Positions 10,531-20,442 of a DNA stretch of 61,881 bases are shown here, one piece after another. The notes under the pieces are model-generated. The model had not been told where the DNA came from, made no database searches, and saw only the letters and a list, made by a program, of their open reading frames with translations. The first letter of the stretch is position 1. Every line of letters begins with the position of its first letter. The position numbers and the translations under genes are program-made. Source of the stretch: Nitrospirota bacterium (GTDB lineage Bacteria > Nitrospirota > UBA9217); NCBI GenBank assembly GCA_963751455.1, contig CAVVUN010000005.1, forward strand, positions 1 through 61,881. The letters are read 5' to 3'.

Positions 10531-12438
10531 TCAAGGGACTTGCGTCGCTGCAGTAAAGCTTGCAGTACACGTCCTGGCCCCGTCCATCACGACCGTTGTC
10601 GGACTCACCGTGCCGGAGCAGTCCCCGCTCCAGCCCGTAAAGGCAGCACCGTCGCCGGCTGCAGCAGTTACCGTGGCCGTTGCACCGTAATTGTATGTGC
10701 CCGCGCCGCCGACCGTACCGGTCCCGGTCCCTTCTTTGTTCACCGTCAGCGTGTACGCGTTGATCGAAAAACTTGCAGTACACGTCTTGTCCCCGTCCAT
10801 CACGACCGTTGTCGGACTCACCGTGCCGGAGCAGTCCCCGCTCCAGCCCGTAAAGGCAGCACCGTCGCCGGCTGCGGCAGTTACCGTGGCCGTTGCACCG
10901 TAATTGTATGTGCCCGCGCCGCCGACCGTACCGGTCCCGGTCCCTTCTTTGTTCACCGTCAGCGTATACGCGTTGATCGAAAAACTTGCAGTACACGTCT
11001 TGTCCCCGTCCATCACGACCGTTGTCGGACTCACCGTGCCGGAGCAGTCCCCGCTCCAGCCCGTAAAGGCAGCACCGTCGCCGGCTGCTGCAGTTACCGT
11101 GGCCGTTGCACCGTAATCGTATGTGCCCCCGCCGCCGACCGTACCGGTTCCGGTCCCTTCTTTGTTCACCGTCAGCGTGTACGCGTTGATCGAAAAACTC
11201 GCATGAATCTTATGGTCACTCATTACATTCTCGAATATCCAGGATTCGACGCCGCCCTTGCTCACATCGTCAACAATAACGTCGACTGCGTAACCAGGTT
11301 GCGGTGTTACTGCGAATGTCCTGCTGTCGCCGTCTTCGACCTCAACGGGGCCGCTGGGCAGGATTCCCTTGTTCGCTTCCAGCGTGGTTGTCGCGCTGAT
11401 GGTATGTTTTATCCTTGCAAAGTCTGCGGTGACCCTCTTTGATTCCGTCATATACACGCGGCATTCGTTCTCCCGGTCACTGTCGCAGCCTGACCATCCT
11501 TCAAACGTCGACCTGTCATTCGCGTCCGCAGTCAAGACGACCTCGGTGCCCGTTCCGTACGTTGCTGATCCTACCCTGCCGTTCCATGTAACCGGTGGTG
11601 TTATGGGTTCCGCGGTCACGGTGCCGGACCCTCTACCCGTCATCTCTATGGTGAGCGTAGAAGTCTGCGGAGCCGGCATGGTTACAGTCTTAAAGGTCCA
11701 GCTGTAATTTTCCACAAGCGTATTGCCGGCCAAGTCTTTTACGCCGGCAACACCGGGCGCATCCGCTAGGATCGTGGCCGTGTAGTCAGTTTCGTACGAA
11801 AACTGGCTAAATGTAAGGACCGCTTGCACGCCGTCTTCGAGCGTGACGCTTTCTGGCACAATTGGGACTCCGGCACTGACGGTAATTGTAGTTTCGTTCA
11901 CGGTCAGCGGGTCCATCGGCCTGTTGAAGGTGACGGTGACAGAAGAAAATATAGAGACTGAGCCGGAACCCGCGGTCGGTTCGACACTCTCTACCTTAGG
12001 AGGCATCGTTACCGGTGCAGAGCCTGTGATGAATATGCACACCTGCTTGTTTACCATCGCGTTGCCGGCAAGATCCAGTACTCCCGCGTCAATGGTGAAT
12101 GTATAAGTACTGTTGGGACTCAAGGCCGCGGCAGGCGTAAAAATGACGGACTTTTCGCTATAGGTCACGGTACCGCTGACTGGGCTGCTTCCCTGCATCA
12201 GCACGACTGTTTGATTATTGATCGTCGCCAGATCAAGCTCTTCGCTGAACGTCGCGCTTAGCATGTTGATATTCGTCGGAACGCTCTGGGTTCCATCCTC
12301 GGGACTGGTCGTGATGATCGTCGGCGGCGTTTTATCGGGCGGCGCTTCCGGTCCTTTTCTGCCGCATGCCAAAGAGAAGGAAAGGACCACCGCGAGCAGG
12401 ACAAGGACGTACAGATTGAGGACAATCCCTTTTTTCAC
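10531..12438 (-). CDS. Surface lipoprotein: two Big_5-like Ig domains plus InlB-B-like repeats
   Basis: Lipobox 'SLAC' followed by GRKGPEAPPDKTPP, paralogous to the gene at 9119. GTG start at 12438 is inferred; the ORF-track extension to 12684 overlaps the neighbouring gene. Confidence 0.8.
   Translation of the reverse strand: MKKGIVLNLYVLVLLAVVLSFSLACGRKGPEAPPDKTPPTIITTSPEDGTQSVPTNINMLSATFSEELDLATINNQTVVLMQGSSPVSGTVTYSEKSVIFTPAAALSPNSTYTFTIDAGVLDLAGNAMVNKQVCIFITGSAPVTMPPKVESVEPTAGSGSVSIFSSVTVTFNRPMDPLTVNETTITVSAGVPIVPESVTLEDGVQAVLTFSQFSYETDYTATILADAPGVAGVKDLAGNTLVENYSWTFKTVTMPAPQTSTLTIEMTGRGSGTVTAEPITPPVTWNGRVGSATYGTGTEVVLTADANDRSTFEGWSGCDSDRENECRVYMTESKRVTADFARIKHTISATTTLEANKGILPSGPVEVEDGDSRTFAVTPQPGYAVDVIVDDVSKGGVESWIFENVMSDHKIHASFSINAYTLTVNKEGTGTGTVGGGGTYDYGATATVTAAAGDGAAFTGWSGDCSGTVSPTTVVMDGDKTCTASFSINAYTLTVNKEGTGTGTVGGAGTYNYGATATVTAAAGDGAAFTGWSGDCSGTVSPTTVVMDGDKTCTASFSINAYTLTVNKEGTGTGTVGGAGTYNYGATATVTAAAGDGAAFTGWSGDCSGTVSPTTVVMDGARTCTASFTAATQVP
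10560..11198. repeat. Three near-identical 213-bp (71-aa) coding tandem repeats
   Basis: 'ttgcagtacacgtc' recurs at 10560, 10773 and 10986. Each unit encodes 'SINAYTLTVNKEGTGTGTVGG.GTY.YG...FTGWSGDCSG...TCTASF'. Confidence 0.97.
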
Positions 12439-12490
12439 GAGCGACTCAGCTGTTATTTCTGAACCGATAAAGAAAGACGGAAGACGTATT

Positions 12491-13771
12491 TTAAAATCGT
12501 GCCGTGATTTCCACGGAAATTCTGTTATTCTGATAATTATTGAAATAATAATCCGGAGAGTACACATTGGTATACCGGTAATGAAGGGCGAGCGTAGCCC
12601 TCTCCAGGAGCTCATGTTCAAGCCGAAGCGCGGGGAGATACCGGCTTGTGTACGTATTGCTTCGGTCGTCCACCAGTCGTTCAACGGTCAGGCTGCCGAT
12701 GATCGTTGTTTGCGTTGTCAGCGCGTGACTGAGGGTGCCGGTGCCGAAATAGACGGATGTGCGCAGATGCTTCGTTTTTGCCGACCGGTATTCACGCAGT
12801 CCGAATGAACCGCTGACACCGGTCCGTTCCGTCTGTTTCGAGAGCGTTACCACATAACTGTCCTCGCGAGTCAGCGTTCCCTGAGGGTCGTCGAGATAAT
12901 TTAATGCGGCCAGAAAGGAAAATGAAACGGTAGGAAGCTTGTGCACAATCGTGCCGTTCCAGAAAACCTGCGTCGTGCTCTCGCCGGTCTCGAAGTCGAA
13001 CCAGCTGTTTCCAAGTGTGAGAGAGACTATTCCGCCGTCCATGTACTCGTAGAGTCCGAAAACGTAAAAATCGTTTTTTGTATAGTCTTCAGCGTCATTG
13101 GTTTCATTGTTATATTTGTAGCCGGTCGAGAAGCTAAAGCGTGAGGCAAGCTCGTGCGAGGTCTCGATGTACACGGCGTTATGGATCTTGTCAATCGCCG
13201 AAGGGTCTTCGTACCAGCTGTTGAGGTAGATATAACCCATGGTGACAGTATCTGTAGACGTTGCCCTGATCCTGAGGTATGGATTTACCGTAAAAACATT
13301 GCTGTCGGACTGATTGACAAAAAGGCTTTCTTGCGTGTAATCCCGTGCGGGAGAGAGTGAGATTCTCCGGTAAGTGTCCCTGATGTCCAGAGAAAGGAAG
13401 TCGTCCAGCAGCCGTGTATGATTGACGAGATTCATTCTGTGCGTGTCGTTCTGCTCGATGGCGTGCCTCGCAAAGTAGCGGTAATCATATGCATAACTGA
13501 GGTCCCAGTCCCAGAGCGCCGTGCCGTAGCGCAGGCGGATGGACGGTACAATGCGGGTGATATAATCGCTTTCCGGGTCATTCGGTGCCAGAAAGATGTT
13601 GTCGTTATACTCTTCGCTGACGCTGACCGCGGGCTCGAGCCGGAATTCGGCATATGCAGGAGACGCCGCGAGACAAATGACTGCGGCAAGGGCCGCTGCC
13701 GGCAGCAATAATTTTATATAGTCGCTGAAGAACACCTGGCTGGTCTCTGATGCCGTGTTTCTCGACAACAC
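12491..13771 (-). CDS. Outer-membrane beta-barrel, PEP-CTERM/EPS-associated (TIGR03016-like)
   Basis: Signal peptide ending AYA, 'P.VSVSEEYNDNIF' N-terminal motif, alternating beta pattern and C-terminal Phe. Confidence 0.82.
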   Translation of the reverse strand: MLSRNTASETSQVFFSDYIKLLLPAAALAAVICLAASPAYAEFRLEPAVSVSEEYNDNIFLAPNDPESDYITRIVPSIRLRYGTALWDWDLSYAYDYRYFARHAIEQNDTHRMNLVNHTRLLDDFLSLDIRDTYRRISLSPARDYTQESLFVNQSDSNVFTVNPYLRIRATSTDTVTMGYIYLNSWYEDPSAIDKIHNAVYIETSHELASRFSFSTGYKYNNETNDAEDYTKNDFYVFGLYEYMDGGIVSLTLGNSWFDFETGESTTQVFWNGTIVHKLPTVSFSFLAALNYLDDPQGTLTREDSYVVTLSKQTERTGVSGSFGLREYRSAKTKHLRTSVYFGTGTLSHALTTQTTIIGSLTVERLVDDRSNTYTSRYLPALRLEHELLERATLALHYRYTNVYSPDYYFNNYQNNRISVEITARF

Positions 13772-13959
13772 TTGACATGTCAGCGTGAATTACTGGGGAA
13801 AAATTGCATAGTGCAGAATGCAAAGTGCAAAATGATTGAAATGAATGCATGGCCTCCTGCCATACCACGAATTTGAGTTTGCATTTTGCAATAGGAGTCA
13901 GGGAATTGCGTGTCTGCTTCGCAGGAAAGATTGCCGGCGTTCGGGAACCGGTTGGCATT

Positions 13960-13999
13960 GCTCCGCCCTCTCGGTTACAGGCTGCGAACCGAAAAGGGG
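13960..13999 (-). promoter_or_regulatory. Possible ops/JUMPstart-like antitermination loading element
   Basis: Minus strand CCCTTTTCGGTT-cgcagcctgt-AACCGAGAGGG hairpin running into GGGCGGAGC (compare ops GGCGGTAG), just downstream of the NusG paralog. Confidence 0.35.
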
Positions 14000-14111
14000 T
14001 CTCGAATGTCGCCAGGATAGAAGCAATGTCAAAGATTAAGAGCTCAGAGTAACAGCTTTAAAACTATATCCACCTTTGACACTGTGATACTTTGACCCTT
14101 ATACTAATCTC

Positions 14112-14627
14112 TCACGCTTGCTCTACTTCGTCCGCGTTGATCTTGAGCGCGACGCTCCTGCCGAGGATCTCGATATTGATGCAAAACCAGTGATGATCTG
14201 CTTTTTTCGTCAGGATGCCTTCGGCCCCCTGAAGCGGTCCCCTGCGGACTCTCACGCGGGCTCCCTCTTGAAACTGGGGGTACACGTCGAAGGAGCTTCC
14301 GCATCCGATCACTGTTTTAAGCGCTTGGATCTCCTCGCAGGGAACCGGGGTGGGATGCCCAGGTTCCTGTGATAAAAGCCCGACACTCCCCCTTGTCTTG
14401 ATAGCGCGCAGAAAGTCGTCCGCGGACGGGGCCAGGCAGACGAACAGATATCCGGGAAAAACAGGGAACTCCACCTTTTTTTTCCGGTCGCGCCACTGGC
14501 GAACTTTTTTGACCAGGGGAAGAAACGTCTCCACCCCTTTCTCCACCAGTTCGTCGCGGGCAATAAATTCGTGCCGTGACTTCACCCAGAGGGCATACCA
14601 GTTCAGTTCCATCCTGCATCGCTCCAT
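14112..14627 (-). CDS. NusG paralog, UpxY/RfaH/LoaP-type antiterminator
   Basis: WYALWVKSRHE, 'PVFPGYLFV' NGN motif and KOW 'VRVRRGPLQGAEG'. Confidence 0.9.
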   Translation of the reverse strand: MERCRMELNWYALWVKSRHEFIARDELVEKGVETFLPLVKKVRQWRDRKKKVEFPVFPGYLFVCLAPSADDFLRAIKTRGSVGLLSQEPGHPTPVPCEEIQALKTVIGCGSSFDVYPQFQEGARVRVRRGPLQGAEGILTKKADHHWFCINIEILGRSVALKINADEVEQA

Positions 14628-14756
14628 TCAATGGCGGCTGGGAGCGCCGTTATGCCTTCGTGCAGCTGACAGCAGTCGTCTCTCAGCTTTCAGCCGGCCG
14701 CTCTGCTGATTGATAATTCCGACCCGCTGATTGCTGGCCGCGCGCAGCTCCGGTGA

Positions 14757-15569
14757 TTATTTATAATGGTCGTAATATCCATGATAGGAGTACCGGCCGT
14801 TCAACCCGTCCGGCCCCGCATCATTATAAACAATGCCGAGTATGTGTTCTTCTTTAAGGGAATCGAAGGCTTCGAGGATATGTTGCAGCGGGGCCCGTCC
14901 CTCCCTGATAACGAACACGATGCCGTCGACGAGAGCGCTGAGTATTTTCGTCTCCGCGAACAGAAGCGACGGGGGCGAATCGATAATGATATACCGGTTG
15001 GGATACCTGCTTTTCAGTTCGGCAAGCATCGTTTTCATTTTCTGTGATGAAAACAACTCGACCGGATTTTCCGGCCTCTTCCCGGAGGGCAGAAACGTAA
15101 GATCGCCTCTGCCGAGTCTGATCAACGCAGAACCGATATCGGCGCCTTCCGCAAGACATTCGGAAAGGCCGGTTTTCGGATGCAGCTTAAAAAGGGTGTG
15201 AAGCGTCGGCTTCCTCGTGTCCGCGTCTATGAGCAGGACCGAATGGTCGTAATCCTGGGACAGCGAGAGGGCGAGGTTTGCCGCCGTAAGCGTCTTGCCT
15301 TCTCCCCCCACTGAACTCGTGACGAGGATCACGTTTCTGAAAGGCTCCTGCTTCGTCATTTTCATGATCTTTGCCTTCAGTTTCTTATACTCCTCGAAAA
15401 CCGGCGAATGGCGTTGTCCGTTGGCCACAAGGAGGGGATGGCTGATCACTGCGGCCGCACCCGGCAGCGAGGGCCGCGTTTTGGCGCCTGGCTCCGCTGC
15501 CGGCTTCCACGCTGCATGCGTCGAATTATTTTTGCTTCGGATTGCCTTTTCGAAAGCGTCTTCCACCAT
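14757..15569 (-). CDS. BY-kinase (XrtA-associated polysaccharide tyrosine autokinase)
   Basis: Walker A GEGKT, LLIDAD, IIIDSPP and C-terminal Tyr cluster YSYHGYYDHYK. ATG at 15569 has a GGAGA RBS. Confidence 0.9.
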   Translation of the reverse strand: MVEDAFEKAIRSKNNSTHAAWKPAAEPGAKTRPSLPGAAAVISHPLLVANGQRHSPVFEEYKKLKAKIMKMTKQEPFRNVILVTSSVGGEGKTLTAANLALSLSQDYDHSVLLIDADTRKPTLHTLFKLHPKTGLSECLAEGADIGSALIRLGRGDLTFLPSGKRPENPVELFSSQKMKTMLAELKSRYPNRYIIIDSPPSLLFAETKILSALVDGIVFVIREGRAPLQHILEAFDSLKEEHILGIVYNDAGPDGLNGRYSYHGYYDHYK

Positions 15570-15824
15570 ATTCGATCTCCCTGAACTCTGGAGGGAGCGC
15601 TGTCCCCGTCCCGCTGGTGCGGGAGTGCGGGAAACTTCCATTAATCCTGAAAACGGCGGTTCGGGACACGGGAAAACCGGTAACAACGGATAAAAGCGGA
15701 AGAAGAATCAACTTCTCATTATGAAAAAGATTTATCCATTTGGTGAATGGCTCATGCTTGAATTTTTAATATTTTATCCGCCTTTTCCGCCGTTATCCGT
15801 GTCCAACTGCTGTTTCTAGGTTAA

Positions 15825-17144
15825 TCAGCGCATTTTTTGCAAAGTATTGCTGATTTCGATTCTGGCTTCCTGAATCAGATCATTCATCGGCGAGATCCCG
15901 GCCATCTCGAGCATGGTAATCGCGAGAAGGCAGGCCAGATACAGGCCCGCGATGGTATAGATAAATACATTCTTTTTCCTGACAGCCGCTGTTTCCTGCT
16001 CCGTTTTCATGTTGGGGATCACGGCCAGGATCGGGAGTCCCATTTTTTTCAAGGTGTCGACCGTTTTCACGGAACTGTCCGTAAGATCAATCCCGATGAG
16101 AAGGCCGGCAGCCGAAACAGCTCCGGTCAAAACCGACAGCAGCAGCATTTGCGTGATATCGGGGCTGATCGGCCTGGTCGGGACAATGGCGGGATCGAGA
16201 ATTCTGAACGCGCCCGCTTTGTCCTGGATCTCCACTTGCGTCGAAACCTCGGATTTGTTCAGGGTCGAAAGCAGGTCTTCGTATATCTTCCTGATCGTGT
16301 CGCGTTCCCGTATAAGGTCCGTAAGTTCCTTGTCGTCCCGTTCCAGGGCGGGCGGGGCCGTTCGGATCTGTTCCTTGACGAGCTCTATCTCCGCATTGAT
16401 CTTTATCACTTCGGGATGATTGACGGTATACTGCGAAAGCAACGCGATTTTTTTTCTGGTCAGGGCGAGTAGCTGCTCGCTCGGGGAAAGACTTCTCTGT
16501 GACGGGTCGGTACCGGCAATCTTACTCTCCGAAATTCCTTTTTCCCTGCTGAGCTTCGTGATTGCCGATTCCGTTTTTGCCAGTTTCGCCTTGAACGTGT
16601 CGATCTGCTCGAGCAGAAAGCGGTTGGCGCCGTATGCCTCTTCCCGCTTTATCGAGAGATTTTCTTCAATGTAGCGCCTGACCAGGGCGTTCACGAAATC
16701 GCTTGCCATTTTCGGATTGCCGTTGATATGGGTAACGTGAAAAAGGTCCATGTTTTTTCTGGAGTCTTTACTGATTTCGACCGTAATCTCGGTGTTGTCC
16801 TGAAAATTCTTCACGAGTGCTTCAATTTCCTGGGATTTTTTGTTCTTCAGGTCGATGTCCAGGTCGCTCATGACTTTCAGGATGAGGGACCTGCTTTTCA
16901 TCACGATGGTAACCGCCTTGATCTTTTCCTCGAATGAGGGCGTGACCGTTACATCCTTGATGAGCTCGTTGATGACGTTTCGTTCGATGAAGATCATCGA
17001 CTTTGCCTCGTACTTCTTGGGCCACAAATACGTCTCGATGATCATCACGGTGGTCACAATTATTGCCGTTGCAAGAAAAAGCGCTTTCTTGGCGAAGATC
17101 AGCCGCAGGATCCGCTTCAAGTCGAGTTCGGACCGTTGTTCCAT
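15825..17144 (-). CDS. Polysaccharide chain-length determinant (Wzc N-terminal/PCP)
   Basis: Two TM segments flanking a coiled coil, with 'YTVNHPEV' and 'FRILDPAIVP..PISP'. Confidence 0.9.
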   Translation of the reverse strand: MEQRSELDLKRILRLIFAKKALFLATAIIVTTVMIIETYLWPKKYEAKSMIFIERNVINELIKDVTVTPSFEEKIKAVTIVMKSRSLILKVMSDLDIDLKNKKSQEIEALVKNFQDNTEITVEISKDSRKNMDLFHVTHINGNPKMASDFVNALVRRYIEENLSIKREEAYGANRFLLEQIDTFKAKLAKTESAITKLSREKGISESKIAGTDPSQRSLSPSEQLLALTRKKIALLSQYTVNHPEVIKINAEIELVKEQIRTAPPALERDDKELTDLIRERDTIRKIYEDLLSTLNKSEVSTQVEIQDKAGAFRILDPAIVPTRPISPDITQMLLLSVLTGAVSAAGLLIGIDLTDSSVKTVDTLKKMGLPILAVIPNMKTEQETAAVRKKNVFIYTIAGLYLACLLAITMLEMAGISPMNDLIQEARIEISNTLQKMR

Positions 17145-17154
17145 GGTTGGCCTC

Positions 17155-17964
17155 CTAGAAAATGCCTTCCTTCACCACGATGTAGTCACCCGGCTTCAGT
17201 TTTGCGTTCTGGCCAAGGTCGCCGTCGTTGAGCAGCCGCTTCATCTTGACAGGAATCGCTATTTCCCTTCTGGACTCGTCTTTCCGGTAAATAATGGTAT
17301 CATTCTGGCTGGCGAACTTCGTGAACCCTCCGGCCTCGAGGATCGCCTCCATGACGGTAAGCCCTTCCCGGTATTCTATGAACTTCGGCGTGGCGACCGC
17401 CCCCATTACGTAGACGTTCTTCTCCATGTTCGTCGGAATAAAAATGACGTCATTCGGGTCGATGGTTATGTCTTCGGAGGTATCGCCCTGGATGAAGAGC
17501 CGGGAAAAATCGACTTTTATCTTCGCATTGTTCCTGAGCACATATGCCCTTTTAAGGTCCGCCTTCTTCACGTCCTCGATCTGGCACAGCAGCTGAAGCA
17601 GCGTGGTCCGCTGGACCAGCGAGTAGACGCCCGCCTTCACGCCGCCGCCGAAGATGTAAACCTTATTGTTCGTAATTTCCATGACGACGACCGTCACTAT
17701 CGGGTTTTTTACGATGCCCTTCAGCCTGCTGGCCAGGACGGCTTGAAGGTTTTTTGCCGTGGTGTTTGCGGCGCTGACTTCGCCGAGCGCCGGGAGCGTT
17801 ATTTTCCCGTCGGGCCGGACTTTTACCGAGAGGCTGAGGTCCTTTTCTCCCCAGACCGATATCAGGAGTGTGTCGCCCTCGCCGATTACGTAATCTGCTG
17901 CATAAGAGGCCGCGAAGGGGACCAGCAGCACGAAAAACATAAGGTACGGCGTGTATTTTTTCAT
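17155..17964 (-). CDS. wza: Polysaccharide export protein (Wza-like, SLBB domains)
   Basis: DYVIGEGDTLLISVW, VRPDGKITLP, two SLBB repeats and LKPGD. Confidence 0.88.
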   Translation of the reverse strand: MKKYTPYLMFFVLLVPFAASYAADYVIGEGDTLLISVWGEKDLSLSVKVRPDGKITLPALGEVSAANTTAKNLQAVLASRLKGIVKNPIVTVVVMEITNNKVYIFGGGVKAGVYSLVQRTTLLQLLCQIEDVKKADLKRAYVLRNNAKIKVDFSRLFIQGDTSEDITIDPNDVIFIPTNMEKNVYVMGAVATPKFIEYREGLTVMEAILEAGGFTKFASQNDTIIYRKDESRREIAIPVKMKRLLNDGDLGQNAKLKPGDYIVVKEGIF

Positions 17965-18154
17965 TGTTATTTTCCTTTCCGGGTTTATTTGGTTTTTCTA
18001 GTTGTCCTGGTTTGTCTGGTTTAAAACCAAAAGAACTACACAAACCGGAATGACCAAACAAACCTCCTGAATCACATGCCGTTCAGCCGGGCAAGGAGGT
18101 GCTGCCTCGCTGCGTTCCCGGAATTGACCCGCGGCGAGGACGAAACCGGTCAGG

Positions 18155-18538
18155 TCATACAAGGTTGTAGCCTCCCCGTGCCGTGACGTCCCCGTTGATC
18201 ACTTTTTTTACAAGCGCTTTGAACTTATCGTAATCCAGAGGTTTTACCATGCAGTAGGAATTGTCGAAACCTCTGAGCGTATCGATAAGATTTTCGTCGA
18301 CATTGTCGGAGAGAATAATGGTCGGAAGGTTGCGCTTTTTGATTTCGTCGAACAAGAACGCGCCGAAAGGATAGCTCGTAACGATCAGGCCGAGATCGCT
18401 TTTTGCCAGCTTTGTAACCGCGTCCTTGGCATGCGAAATCATGTCCGTTCCGTACCCGACTGTTTCAAGAATCGCTGAACAGATGCGGGAGAAGCCGTGC
18501 TCGTCGATGATCAGAATACTTTTCGTCTCATTCGGCAT
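18155..18538 (-). CDS. Single-domain receiver-like protein (atypical; no clear phospho-Asp)
   Basis: 'SILIIDE...IILSD...VKPLD' receiver pattern. The start was moved to the ATG at 18538 because the longer ORF overlaps a sigma54 site. Confidence 0.65.
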   Translation of the reverse strand: MPNETKSILIIDEHGFSRICSAILETVGYGTDMISHAKDAVTKLAKSDLGLIVTSYPFGAFLFDEIKKRNLPTIILSDNVDENLIDTLRGFDNSYCMVKPLDYDKFKALVKKVINGDVTARGGYNLV

Positions 18539-18550
18539 ATTCGATATAAA

Positions 18551-18566
18551 AGCAAGTTCGATGCCG
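18551..18566 (-). promoter_or_regulatory. sigma54 (-24/-12) promoter of the EPS export operon
   Basis: CGGCATCGAACTTGCT (GG-N10-GC). Confidence 0.75.
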
Positions 18567-18905
18567 CACAAATAGGCTCATGGAATCAGCCGGTTACTAT
18601 TTTCCTGTAGTGACTCTTCATTGTTTTGTTTCCGGGGGAAACAGCCGCTCTTTCAATTGTCGTATGGGGGGATGGATGGAAGTGCCTCTTGAAGGAACAA
18701 TGAATATGGATTGAACTTCGGAAGGAGAAAAAACTCTTCAAATTCGTTGTTTTTCAGCATTAATTTTTTGAACTTTGTCGGGAAACTTTACATTGGAAAA
18801 AATTGATGAACTGAATCGACGGCTGCATGAAAAAAGGGCAACCCGTTAAAGTTGCCCTTTAAAACTCCCGCAGATGCACTTACCTGGTTGAGCCTTTTGA
18901 TCAGA

Positions 18906-19607
18906 TTACTCCAATACGATGACACCCTCAGGCGAATTGGTGGCCCTGATCTCCTCGATGGTAAGAGAGCCCTGGCCGATAGACGCCCAGGCGTTTGCAG
19001 TGCCGTTCGCAGATGTCGTTGAGCTGCTGATTTCAGCCTTAACAGCAACGGTATGATCTCCCGGTGCCAGGTTGGCAACGATAAAATTAAAGTGGTGCGC
19101 TGACATGGTCTTCAGGATCAGCTCGATCATTTCATCGGTAACAACGCAGTCTTCGCCGATAACGATGGTTCCGGTACCGGTTGCCGGATCTACTGATACC
19201 GTGCAGCTCTCGATCACGCCGCCCAGCTCGGCAGAGAGGGTCTGGCTGCGCTCGTCAAAGGTGACAACACCAGGCTTTGCAGTCTGCTCATAGGGCGTGC
19301 CTTCATCGATGACCACCTTTATCTTTATTCCTGCCGTAGCATTCGAGGAATCCAGGGTTCCGAGCTTGCTCTTGACCTGGGTCAGCGTATAGAGGGCGGT
19401 CTCAAGGGAAACGCCGATAAGAAGGTCTTTCTGGTTCGGAGTCTTGATTACGGAGCTTAAAACAGGATCAAAACTGTGGGTCTGATCCGTTGCATTGATT
19501 AATGTCAACGACGTCACAGCGACGCCTGCCTTCGAAGACGGCTGTGCAAAAACTGCGGTAGCCATAATGCAAAATGCTGCTATTGACAAAACTATAACTT
19601 TCTTCAT
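18906..19607 (-). CDS. Secreted beta-rich hypothetical protein
   Basis: Sec signal MKKVIVLSIAAFCIMATAVFA with an AGGAGA RBS. No recognised domain. Confidence 0.75.
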   Translation of the reverse strand: MKKVIVLSIAAFCIMATAVFAQPSSKAGVAVTSLTLINATDQTHSFDPVLSSVIKTPNQKDLLIGVSLETALYTLTQVKSKLGTLDSSNATAGIKIKVVIDEGTPYEQTAKPGVVTFDERSQTLSAELGGVIESCTVSVDPATGTGTIVIGEDCVVTDEMIELILKTMSAHHFNFIVANLAPGDHTVAVKAEISSSTTSANGTANAWASIGQGSLTIEEIRATNSPEGVIVLE

Positions 19608-19824
19608 TGTGTTCTCTCCTTGTTGGTTTAATTTTGAGATAAAAATGTTGCCCGCGATAAATCGATCCAAATAACCAATACTCCGCAGCTCTGTAATAGA
19701 TTACATTCCTCCGCCCCTCCTTTCCCGGCATGTGAACCCCGCGTCCACAGAAACTGCGCGAGCCTTTCCTGCCGTTTTTAACAGTATGACCATGTAGCGC
19801 ATCCAACGCGTCCTTTCTTACATC

Positions 19825-19890
19825 GTCATTCCCGCCAAAGCGGGAGTCCAATTTAAGGTATTGGACTCCGGGTCAGCCCGGAATAACGAC
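19825..19890. repeat. GTCATTCCCGC-type intergenic palindromic element
   Basis: gtcattcccgccaaagcgggagtccaa...ttggactccgggtcagcccggaataac forms nested stems. Confidence 0.75.
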
Positions 19891-19966
19891 AAATTGAGAG
19901 AGTCACAGCACTACATTAGTCTCTTAGCCAGCGATCAAGCCGTCCGAACTTTCAGGGCCTGTTCGA

Positions 19967-20341
19967 TCAGGCCGTCACCCATTGGTCCCAATAGATTTGG
20001 TCGTAAGATCTGTTCTTCTTCGGTCTGCGGTCTTTTTCTCCATGCTGCTGCGACTCATGAGCGGATGGATAGACATGCGATCCTTTATTCTGAAGTTCCA
20101 TAACCGGGACTGATGAGGTCCCTGTCCTGTCGACTGTCATATTCACCAAATCTTTATGGACGAATCGCGCGTTCATGACCTTGACGAGCGGGCGTGAGAT
20201 TCCGTGCCGATGTCCGGGCCCGGTCCAGGAGAAGGCGGCTGAAAGGGAAAACGCGGCTGCGAGCACAATAACAATGAACATGACGATTATCTCGATCAAA
20301 GTGTTTATGTTAAATATTTCCATAAAATGGAATCTTTTCAC
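19967..20341 (-). CDS. Small hypothetical protein with one TM/signal segment
   Basis: GTG start behind an AAGGAGGT RBS, hydrophobic N-terminus, directly downstream of the tad operon. Confidence 0.5.
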   Translation of the reverse strand: MKRFHFMEIFNINTLIEIIVMFIVIVLAAAFSLSAAFSWTGPGHRHGISRPLVKVMNARFVHKDLVNMTVDRTGTSSVPVMELQNKGSHVYPSAHESQQHGEKDRRPKKNRSYDQIYWDQWVTA

Positions 20342-20442
20342 CGTAATGCACCTCCTTTTGGTTGGAGTGATTCTGGATCGACCTCCTCTATCCCGCCTTG
20401 GCAATGTTTGTCTTAAGGGGCCGTACTTTATGGTCCGCCCCG

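Noticed and set aside
10560-11198. Regular repeats as a CRISPR array
   Set aside because: The units are 213-bp in-frame coding repeats with no unique spacers, and no cas genes are present.
15837-18024. Long plus-strand ORFs (e.g. 16840-18024; also 10540-11442, 23650-24585, 21267-22025)
   Set aside because: They are antisense shadows of well-supported minus-strand genes and have no motifs.
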